Program-made: the position numbers and the translations under genes
The notes under the pieces: generated by a model
The model's database searches: none
The model's input: the letters and a program-made list of their open reading frames with translations, nothing else
What the model was told of the DNA's origin: nothing
Part shown: piece after piece, positions 20,750-29,379 of the stretch
Layout of the letters: each line of letters starts with the position of its first letter
Numbering within the stretch: the first letter of the stretch is position 1
Source: Naegleria gruberi
Taxonomy: Eukaryota
Assembly (NCBI GenBank): GCA_000004985.1
Contig: GG738859.1
DNA: 64,000 nucleotides
Strand: one strand, 5' to 3'

Positions 20750-22229
20750 ATGTCTTGTATTTTTGTATTTCTCGGGCAAGCTGGAAATCAAGTCGGGAAC
20801 GAGTTTATTAAATTGCTGAATGGAGAGTGAGTATTAACAAGAATTGATGATAGAGTCGTGATGATGATATTAATTATTATTCCATGATACTTGATGTATA
20901 ATATAATTGTATTATTCAATAGAAAGATATCTAAAAAGTCTAAGGGATTTTTTGATACCTATTTCAATACAACCTATTCAAAGGCAAGGGTAGTAATGGT
21001 TGATGCCGAGCCAAAGGTTATTAAATCAATTTTAGATGAAGAAAAGAAATCAAAATTATCAATTTATAATCCAAAGAATGTTGTATACTCGGAGGTAAGT
21101 AAATTCTTAATGGTGATGATGATAATAATTCTAAAACAATTAGAGTGGATGTGGTAATAATTGGGCTCTTGGATATAATTTTAAAGGAAAAGTTAAGAAT
21201 TTGACTAGTAATATTGCTCTCTCTGAAACAGAATCGCTATTGGAGGAAACAATGGAAAGAATTAGAAGAGAAATTGAGTGTTGTGACATTGTGCAGTCAA
21301 TATTCGTGTTTCACTCTATGGGTGGAGGTACTGGTAGTGGTTTTGGATCCAGAGTTGTTGAGGAAATAAGGAACAAGTATCCGAATTATTACGTTTTTAC
21401 AGTTTCAATTGCTCCATTTCAACATGGAGACACACCACTCCAACACTACAATTGCCTGCTCACTTTGAATCATATCCATGAACATTCTGATGGTGTTTTC
21501 CTGTTTGTGAATGATGATATTCTGAGGTCAATTACTAAAAATGCAAAAAGAAATAATGCTGGTCACTCAACTTTATTGGATGTGAGCTATTCAGTTTCAG
21601 ATATTAATAAGTACATCTCGTCATGCCTATGTGGAATGCTTCTTCCTATATATAATAAGGACTCCAAATCACATACTCCCTTCGATGCTTTCTCACTTGT
21701 GAATCAGGTTATTCCCCTTAAGGATACTAATTTTGTGGAATTACATACCAGTGCTCTCATCACCCATAATGCAGCACAATTTACATCATGGCAATATATT
21801 GCTGAAGATTTGACTAAACATGTCCCAATTTATGATATTGGACATGCAAATATTAGAACAATATTCTCAAAGACATTTATAAGAGGTGGCTTACAAACAT
21901 CACACGATCTGAATATTGTCAAATCAGTACTTCAAAAGCAAGCATTCTCTCCTGTGGATTGGATGTACGATAGAAAGGAGGAATTCAACAATGTAGTTTC
22001 CAGTGAGGAAGCCCTCAAAAGTTACAAACTTCCATACTCTCTAACTGTTTGTGCCAATAGAACAAGTTTCATGGAGCTTTTCAACAGGGTTTTGACCAAG
22101 TCATACACCATGTTACAATCCGGAGCATACATTAATTGGTATGAAAGACATGGATTGGAAAGGGAAGATTTTGATAATGCCATTTGCAATTTACAAAGTG
22201 TTGTTGATCACTATGTAGAATTGATGTAG
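20750..22229 (+). CDS. Delta-tubulin (centriole triplet-microtubule tubulin). Three exons: 20750..20826, 20923..21094, 21144..22229.
   Basis: Exon 1 MSCIFVFLGQAGNQVGNEFIKLLNGE carries the tubulin N-terminal GQ[AC]GNQ[IV]G motif. Exon 2 ..ARVVMVDAEPKVIKSIL matches delta-tubulin ..ARAVLVDMEPKVINQML. Exon 3 begins SGCGNNWALGYNFKG (delta: SGNNWAYGYSVHG) and contains FVFHSMGGGTGSGFGS (tubulin GGGTGSG). Introns are 96 and 49 nt (GTGAGT/GTAAGT donors). Total about 444 aa. Confidence 0.75.
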
Positions 22230-22705
22230 TGTAGATTGATCCTTTTGAGAATCAAATTAATTCAGCGATGAGGAAGTGGATCAATACTGAAAAGAATTAA
22301 TTCATTTAGATGGAAATAATAATTTAATACTTTACAAAATATGATTTGAATTCGGAATGAAGAATCAACGTTGAAATCCTCACACAATGTTACTGCTTGC
22401 TCTCAAGTTAGCTGAAATACAAGCAAAACAGACATACAGCATTAATGTCATGCATTATTTTTGAATTACTTCCAAAAATCCTCATTTGCAAATTTCAAAT
22501 CAATTCAAATACCAAATAAATCAAGTTTCGATTTTGAAATAAGGACAAGATTACTAGAATTTACAGTGACGTTGTAAATCAGCTCTTTCTGAATAGGGTA
22601 AATAGCCTCCAAGAGGTAAATTAATGATTGATGATTCCACAACGCATTGACAATATTTAATGATAAAGTTGCTACTCAATTCTCAAAAAGAAACAAGCAA
22701 AAAAC

Positions 22706-24079
22706 ATGAGTGACGATACATTGAGATTTGTAGACGAAACCAAACAAACTCAAGACACCTACTCCTACCTCAAGCCAATCGGTATTCGAAAGCTAAGAAA
22801 ACAAATCAACACTAAAGAATTCAAAAAGAATTACTTTGTCATTGACACTAGAAAGGAACAACCACTCGTTGTCCACTACGATCCAAACCATGTAAAAACT
22901 CCTCAATCTGCAGGTGGTAACTCCACTTCAGGAAGTAGTAGTTCAACTTCATCTGCTCCATTCATGAATAGCAATAATCAATCCCATCATGATAATCAGA
23001 CATTTCCTTCTTCATCACACCCTCCAAACAAATCATTAAGCTATCAACAATCAGGTAAACGTGTACAATTTTCTCAGAGAAATTCAATTTCACAACCCTA
23101 TCCAGCAACTCATCAACAATTTATGATGATGAATGGTGCTGAGAGTGATAGTTTGGTAGGTAATAATGGACAATCTGGTTCATTGTCTCAATTGATGGGT
23201 CAACCATGTGCAAGTAGAGAAATGAATCATCTCAATTCGAGAAGAACTTTATCAATGCCTGAGTTTTTGGCCCATTATTCACCTCCAACTGAGCTTGAAA
23301 ATTGTGATGAGACGAGTGGTCAATTGTTTGATGATCATCCACAAAATGAATCTCATCCATTAGATCAAGACTATTTGATGCAAACTGGTGGTAATAATGA
23401 GAATTCCATATCACCCATCTATAGAAAATCATCCATTGATTGCCAATTTACTCCAATTGACCAACAAATGATGGATGGTTATGCTCCATTCCTAACTCCT
23501 CACTCGATGAGTCCAGAAGATGAACAGCAAATTATTCAGCAGAATAATCAAACTGAAATTCATTCCCACCAACAATCCATTCAACATCATCAATTATTGA
23601 ACAAACACTTTTCCATGAATGATATTGGAAAGTTGACGATTCTCAATGGATTAGTCGAAAGTGGTCTATGCTACAATAACGATACTGTCAATATTCTAGA
23701 GACATTACAAATGGCCTGTAATGCTCATCATCAACAATCCCTAATGCTCAATATGCAATGTCAGCAAGATCAAATTCCACACCAAGAAGCAATGGATGAA
23801 CAACATGACGATTCCATGCAACAAGAAGAAGAAGAATCAGATTGTGATAGTAGTTCAGTTGCCAATACAGCTATCAGAAATAATAATTCATTTAATGATG
23901 GCAATATATCCTCAGAGCAACTGCATCATGATGAGATGAGCTCTCAAGAGAAATGCAACGTTTCTGAGAATAATCAACCACAAGAGGCTTCTTTAGAGGA
24001 ATATTCAGATTTACTGATTAATGATAATGAATTATTCGAGAATAACATCTTCTCTGATGAATATCTGTATGAAGAATAA
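22706..24079 (+). CDS. Hypothetical low-complexity (Q/S/N/H-rich) protein
   Basis: ATG at 22706 (aaaacATGagt). 457-aa open frame, no recognisable domain. Acidic C-terminus. Confidence 0.4.
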   Translation: MSDDTLRFVDETKQTQDTYSYLKPIGIRKLRKQINTKEFKKNYFVIDTRKEQPLVVHYDPNHVKTPQSAGGNSTSGSSSSTSSAPFMNSNNQSHHDNQTFPSSSHPPNKSLSYQQSGKRVQFSQRNSISQPYPATHQQFMMMNGAESDSLVGNNGQSGSLSQLMGQPCASREMNHLNSRRTLSMPEFLAHYSPPTELENCDETSGQLFDDHPQNESHPLDQDYLMQTGGNNENSISPIYRKSSIDCQFTPIDQQMMDGYAPFLTPHSMSPEDEQQIIQQNNQTEIHSHQQSIQHHQLLNKHFSMNDIGKLTILNGLVESGLCYNNDTVNILETLQMACNAHHQQSLMLNMQCQQDQIPHQEAMDEQHDDSMQQEEEESDCDSSSVANTAIRNNNSFNDGNISSEQLHHDEMSSQEKCNVSENNQPQEASLEEYSDLLINDNELFENNIFSDEYLYEE

Positions 24080-24112
24080 ACATCTTTTACACACTTTCTG
24101 ATATTCGAAAGT

Positions 24113-24330
24113 TTATGGCAAACCAGGCCAATTGTCAACATACTGAATCTTAAAATCTGGCCAATTATCAACAATTTGAATCTTGAAATCAGGGAAACTT
24201 GTTACAATTTGCCACTTTCCAGGTTTATCAGGCCAGTTGGAAACTTTTTAAACCTTAAGATCAGGCCAATTATTAACAACTTGAACTTTGTAATCTGGGA
24301 AGCTATCGACGATTTGAATCTTTCCATAGA
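24113..24330. repeat. Tandem repeat, about 6.5 copies of a 33-nt unit (consensus approximately CCAATTATCAACAATTTGAATCTTAAAATCTGG), with one 39-nt variant copy
   Basis: Direct reading: the units ...ccaattgtcaacatactgaatcttaaaatctgg / ccaattatcaacaatttgaatcttgaaatcagg / ...ccagttggaaactttttaaaccttaagatcagg / ccaattattaacaacttgaactttgtaatctggg... recur at 33-nt spacing. Confidence 0.7.
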
Positions 24331-24361
24331 TTTTAGCAATTTTATCTTTAGCAATGGTCAT
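24248..24361 (-). CDS. Mini-ORF (37 aa) encoding 11-residue [FW]PD[YFL]K[VI]Q[VI]V[DN][NS] repeats. The repeat reading frame continues another 44 codons past the TAA, to 24113, so this may be a pseudogene or a read-through gene.
   Basis: ATG at 24361 with an A-rich context (acaaaATGacc). Translation: MTIAKDKIAKIYGKIQIVDSFPDYKVQVVNNWPDLKV*KVSNWPDKPGKWQIVTSFPDFKIQIVDNWPDFKIQYVDNWPGLP*. The periodicity is unbroken across the first TAA. Confidence 0.3.
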   Translation of the reverse strand: MTIAKDKIAKIYGKIQIVDSFPDYKVQVVNNWPDLKV

Positions 24362-24724
24362 TTTGTTTAATTGATTGTTTTTTTTGTTTGAGATCAAGTT
24401 TCTTGGTGGTTATTCAGAGATTTATTGGAATATTTTGAGGTGTTTCATGGATTGTTATCTTCCTCAGGACCATAAATGTTAGTTCTGACAAGTTGTGTGG
24501 GCTTTTAGAACACGAGTCCTTGATTTCATCGTAGTTGAATAGCAGCTTATTTCACATACGGTACAAAAATTCAAAGTCTAGCTTGAGAATGCAAGCTTCT
24601 TTGGTTATCGGAAACCTTTCGGTTAACTATAGATCAATAAAATCAGGCAAAATATTTGCGTATGTATTAGATTAATAATTTATGTTGTGAATAGTTATAT
24701 TTACAAATTTAAATGCAAAATGTC

Positions 24725-25936
24725 CTATTTTGCATACTCTTCTCTCAGTGTACCCATCATCATGTCTATTATTCTATTGGAAATACCATAGTTCACATAG
24801 TCACCTCCCTCTTCAAAGTGATGAATAAAGTGATGTGATTTGAGTGTCTTCCAGTAATCTGAATTGACATAGTAAGAAATTGGATTCAAGAGTGATGATT
24901 TCATATTAGTTTGATGGTGCAACCAATAATGATGCATATCATAAAAGAGGTAACCAGTAAATGCACCAGCAATTAATAAATTGCTATAGGAAGGCAGTAT
25001 AAACTTGACAAGTAAATAGACAGGTGCAGATAGAACACACATCAATGTTGGAGGAACGACCAATCTGTCCTTATCCATTGGAACCTTATGATGGAAACCA
25101 TGAAGTAAGAAGTGAGCAATGTTTGTCAAGTAGTAACCCATTTTGCCTAGTGAATCCCAGTGGAATAAGAATTTGTGAAAGAGAATTTCAATACCAAACC
25201 AAGCTAAAAATCCAGTGACATATCCCAGAAACATGATAGAGAGTTGTGAATTGTGTATTTGTGAGGAAATATAGAGATTGTAGATAATGAATGGGATCCA
25301 AATGAGGGGTACCACATACCATGGAGTAAGAGACAATGGTTCTAATAGCCCACTTTGAAATAATGGAACTGGTTCTTTAAAGTAAACAGGAGATGTGTTG
25401 TGAACCCAGTGGAAATAATCCTTTCCCATCAAACCTACTTGATGACACAGTGGTTGTTGATAATTGGCAGGATCATTGGCGTCTTGAGTCAGTGTGGTAG
25501 CTGTTTCAGAGCTTAATGTTGATTTATAATTAGGTAAATAATCACTGGCCTTTCCAACAAGATACTGATTGAGCATTGAGAAGGCATTCTTTGAGTGTTT
25601 GTGAATTGAAACATCACTCATTACTTGAGTAACATCCTGTCCAAGGTAATCCTCAATTATATCAAAGCCACCTGGATGAACATCAACAAACTCTGTCATA
25701 TCATAAATATGATCGTTTACAATAAGCCACTTTGCAGGTAATCTCTTTTCTTCGGAGGCAGCAGTTGAGGTTGAAGCGTTTGACTTGAGCAAGTTTGAGT
25801 TGGAGGTGTTGGTGCCAGGACGTTGCCCACCACTTGCAATTGTTGTTGTTGATGAGGAGGAGGAGGTACTCAATACAGGTTGATGTACACCAAAGGCAAT
25901 AGCAGTTGCATTGCTATGAGCATTCACGCTTATCAT
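24725..25936 (-). CDS. Fatty acid 2-hydroxylase (FA2H/Scs7-like): N-terminal cytochrome b5 domain fused to a fatty-acid hydroxylase (sterol desaturase superfamily) domain
   Basis: Cytochrome b5 haem-binding motif HPGG (..DVHPGGFDIIEDYLGQDVT..). Multi-pass membrane region with His boxes HKFLFHWD / HHKVPMD / HHYWLHH / HHFIHHF. ATG at 25936. Confidence 0.75.
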   Translation of the reverse strand: MISVNAHSNATAIAFGVHQPVLSTSSSSSTTTIASGGQRPGTNTSNSNLLKSNASTSTAASEEKRLPAKWLIVNDHIYDMTEFVDVHPGGFDIIEDYLGQDVTQVMSDVSIHKHSKNAFSMLNQYLVGKASDYLPNYKSTLSSETATTLTQDANDPANYQQPLCHQVGLMGKDYFHWVHNTSPVYFKEPVPLFQSGLLEPLSLTPWYVVPLIWIPFIIYNLYISSQIHNSQLSIMFLGYVTGFLAWFGIEILFHKFLFHWDSLGKMGYYLTNIAHFLLHGFHHKVPMDKDRLVVPPTLMCVLSAPVYLLVKFILPSYSNLLIAGAFTGYLFYDMHHYWLHHQTNMKSSLLNPISYYVNSDYWKTLKSHHFIHHFEEGGDYVNYGISNRIIDMMMGTLREEYAK

Positions 25937-26828
25937 ATTTGTCTATTGTGATAGATTATGGTTAGTAATGTGACGTGGTATTGAGAGTGTTTTTTTTAAT
26001 AATTGAGAAAACTAAATAGATTAATGCTCCCACAACGGAATGAAATCGAAATGATTTAAATCTGTAACAACATCATGTTGGATGTTATTAATTGGTTGCT
26101 GAGGTGTTTTGTTGGAGAACGTTCTTTCTTCTCACATGTGTCGGCAATGTGTGCTAGGGGGAGGTGATATCGTAGCACTTTAAATTCCTCCACCATTGGC
26201 GCTATATTGGGTGGATTTTTATATGGCTGTTTGTTTGGTTGGTTATTTGATAGAGTGAGAGGATACTAGTATCTGAATTTCATTGCACCAAATATGAAAC
26301 TCAACCATTCTCTGATTGATTGTAAAGTGAAATTCTCTAGTTGAAATGGATAAGGAAGAAGAAATGGATCTTTATGAGAAACAACTTCTAATAATCAAAT
26401 CACCATTGTATTAACCTATTCCTTTGAATTACGGAAATCAAAACATTGAATTGAATGGCTGAGTAAGGAATTGCAACGGATATTTGTTAATTAAAATGAG
26501 CGCTGTGGTTTTACTTCGCCCGCTCAATGATCGGAATTTGCGTGCTTAATACTCAAGCGCCTCGGAAATTCTGATGAAAATCTGTCACTTCAATTATATG
26601 ATTGTCCTTTCATGATTCTAATAAAGTCTTAAACTTTCTAATTGAATTTAAGTGATTGTCAACAAATGAGTAACGGTACAATTTTCAAATTTAAAAAATT
26701 AAATAGCAATAATATTTCTCAATATTTTCTAATGGATTAGTTTGGAAATACAAATGCAATCCAATTTTTATTAATGAAAGCACAAACCATTTATTTCCTA
26801 AACAATTTGAAAATAAAATATAAAAAAA

Positions 26829-27974
26829 ATGCCACCAAAAAAGAAGACAACACCATCATCTGATCCCTATGATGATCCTCTCTTCCTTCAGGTTATTGCC
26901 GATGTTGAGAGGAAGAGAAAGCGTATGATGGCAAGAATGAAGGGTGATGACGATGATGATGGAGATGTGTTTCGTATTACTCGTGTTGTGACGGAAAATC
27001 CTGATGGAACAAGAAGTGCAAGAAATGTTTTTTACGACCCGAATGATGAATATGCTGATGATGATGATGATGACGATGATGAAATAAGCATTCCCTCATC
27101 GAGAAGTTCTTCATCTAGGAAATCATCTTCAAAATCTTCTACTAGCAGAGCAGCAACAACCTCTTCTAGCAGTAGAGCATCCACTGCATCATCAAGTAGT
27201 AATTTAAGTAGTGCACTTAGTGCAATTATGGGAGGTTCTACTTCTCGTTCTAACTCTAATGCACCTGCTGTTGTGCCTCCTGAAGATGTTGGAATTTATA
27301 CAGAATATGGTTATCAATCAACTAGAGAAGCACTTGATGAACAAATAACGTCAACTAGAGCCTACAGAGCTCTCTATCAAGTTAAAGCAGTTATTACTTC
27401 TCCAACTACGAAAAATGTTGTGTATAGAGAATTTGTCATCTCTGCCACAATTTTATTCAAGAATCTCAACGAGTTGCTTTGTCTTTTGTTTGGTTGGTCA
27501 ACTGTTGAAAATTATCATTTTACATATGAAAAGGATGGAGAAACAAAGCAAATCTTGAAAAGAGCTGGTAAAAATAGTCAAGGTGTAAGCAGTACAAAAT
27601 TCTGCCAAGTTTGTCCATATCCAGGAGATTCCTGTGTTTGGTATCCAAATGCTACCACCCAAGTTAGCCTAACTGTCGATGTTATTAATTTAGATGGACA
27701 AGTGGAATCCGTTCCAAGATGTGTTGGATTAAATGGTAAAATTGATTTGGACACTGGTAAACAAGGTACCCTTAATGAAACTGAAACCAATATTGATAGA
27801 GTAAATTCAAAGCTCAAAGGAAAGAGATTTGCAGCCAATTCAGCTAGTAATAACACCAAGAAGAAGGGCATAAAAATGTTAGTCCCTAGAGACACTACCC
27901 AGTCAGAAATTAATCAAATAGCCAATAATGTTTATAGATCTAAATTATTTACACCTGACAGAACTAAATTCTAA
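26829..27974 (+). CDS. Hypothetical protein with poly-Asp and Ser-rich low-complexity N-terminal half and a Cys-containing globular C-terminal half
   Basis: ATG at 26829 (aaaaaaaATGcca). (GAT)n-encoded Asp runs. No family recognised. Confidence 0.4.
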   Translation: MPPKKKTTPSSDPYDDPLFLQVIADVERKRKRMMARMKGDDDDDGDVFRITRVVTENPDGTRSARNVFYDPNDEYADDDDDDDDEISIPSSRSSSSRKSSSKSSTSRAATTSSSSRASTASSSSNLSSALSAIMGGSTSRSNSNAPAVVPPEDVGIYTEYGYQSTREALDEQITSTRAYRALYQVKAVITSPTTKNVVYREFVISATILFKNLNELLCLLFGWSTVENYHFTYEKDGETKQILKRAGKNSQGVSSTKFCQVCPYPGDSCVWYPNATTQVSLTVDVINLDGQVESVPRCVGLNGKIDLDTGKQGTLNETETNIDRVNSKLKGKRFAANSASNNTKKKGIKMLVPRDTTQSEINQIANNVYRSKLFTPDRTKF

Positions 27975-28103
27975 GCAAACACTTAATATTATTGATTCTG
28001 CTTTTTAATATACTGCCTCTTCAATAAATATTATTAACACTAACTAAAATTTAAATATTATTAAATTCTCATTGTAAAATTAAATTACAAATTTCAAAAA
28101 AAA

Positions 28104-29372
28104 ATGTCTACAGCACAGAGTTGTAATTTTTCATACAAAATTCCCTATTTTGAAACACCAAGTGAAGGATCAACACACTTTAATGTTGGTCTCTGCATTG
28201 GAAAACAATTTAAAGATCAAATCAATGAATATTTGACACGATCCGATCTTCCCTTCCAATCAATTTATTTACCCTATGTATTATCAAAGAAAGATGATCA
28301 AGATGAGTCAAGAAGAATTGAAAAAGAGGCACAATCAACATCTTCCGAAGGTGATCATTATGCACTGTTGAGACCTTGGATTCAACTTGTTGATGAGCAC
28401 TTTCCGAAATATGTTCAGGAAATTCGTGGATTAGCTGCAGGTTCAGAGCAACCATTCGAGTGGCTCTTCATGTTGAACATGTTGAATGAATTGAGGGGTA
28501 AAATATTGCACGATGAAAGATTGAAGGATAAAAAGACGACAAAAGTTGGAGGATGCTCTGAAGTGTTTGTCTGTTGTAAAACCAGTGAAATGGAAAGGGC
28601 ATTGATGGCTCACAATGAAGATGCTGATAAGAGTATGGGCGAATATTCATATATTGTGAAGAGTAATTATTTGGAGGAGAATGGATCTGTTGTTAGGAGT
28701 ATGGTTGCCTATCATTATCCTGGAACAATTGGAGGAAATACTTTTGGATGGAATGAATATTTGGTTTTTGGAACGAATGGAAAATCACCAAAGAAAACCC
28801 TCACAGAATCTTGTGGAATACCAAGATGTTTCATTAATAGATATGTGTACGAATCAAAGAGTATTGAGGAGGTTCACACAAGGTTGGAAGAATATGCCCT
28901 TCTTAGTTCATCAGGATTTTCCACCAATGTTTCAACTCGATTTATTGTTAAGGATGACGTGAATGATTTTTATCAAATGGCTAATATTGAGTTGGCTCCT
29001 TCTCTTGATGGTAAAGAAAAGCAAGTTTCTAAATATTCTATTCCAATTAAGAGAAATAATTCAGATCAACCTCACTATGTACATGTCAATCATTATTTGC
29101 ACTTGATGAATATTCCAGAGGAGGAAGTCCCAAGCTCCAGGCACAGATATGCAAGAGCAATGTGTCATTCCAATATAATATCAGAGAATGAAATTATTCA
29201 ATTGTTGGGAGATACAGAGGACAAGGAATATCCAATCTTTAGAACAAGCAATCACCCAGATAAGGGAAAGACTTTGGCTACCTTTATTGTCAATATAATT
29301 GAACAAACTGTTAATATCTATGTTGGCAATCCAATTCACACACCTCCACTTTATACAATGACATTGTTTTAA
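28104..29372 (+). CDS. Putative Ntn-hydrolase of the peptidase C45 / acyl-CoA:6-aminopenicillanic-acid acyltransferase-like family
   Basis: An internal Gly-Cys (..KTTKVGGCSEVFVC..) follows a propeptide of about 148 residues, as at the self-cleaving G|C nucleophile site of C45/AAT enzymes. The overall length (422 aa) and downstream His/Arg-containing segments are compatible. This is a weak assignment from pattern memory only. Confidence 0.3.
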   Translation: MSTAQSCNFSYKIPYFETPSEGSTHFNVGLCIGKQFKDQINEYLTRSDLPFQSIYLPYVLSKKDDQDESRRIEKEAQSTSSEGDHYALLRPWIQLVDEHFPKYVQEIRGLAAGSEQPFEWLFMLNMLNELRGKILHDERLKDKKTTKVGGCSEVFVCCKTSEMERALMAHNEDADKSMGEYSYIVKSNYLEENGSVVRSMVAYHYPGTIGGNTFGWNEYLVFGTNGKSPKKTLTESCGIPRCFINRYVYESKSIEEVHTRLEEYALLSSSGFSTNVSTRFIVKDDVNDFYQMANIELAPSLDGKEKQVSKYSIPIKRNNSDQPHYVHVNHYLHLMNIPEEEVPSSRHRYARAMCHSNIISENEIIQLLGDTEDKEYPIFRTSNHPDKGKTLATFIVNIIEQTVNIYVGNPIHTPPLYTMTLF

Positions 29373-29379
29373 TAACATG

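Noticed and set aside
26470-26560. Possible U6 snRNA: the reverse complement contains ACGCAAATTC, a 10-mer of the U6 ACACGCAAATTCGTGAAGCG core.
   Set aside because: U6 is more than 80% conserved across eukaryotes. The flanking sequence lacks ACAGAGA, the AGCA box and the 5' stem. A 10-mer match alone is expected by chance.
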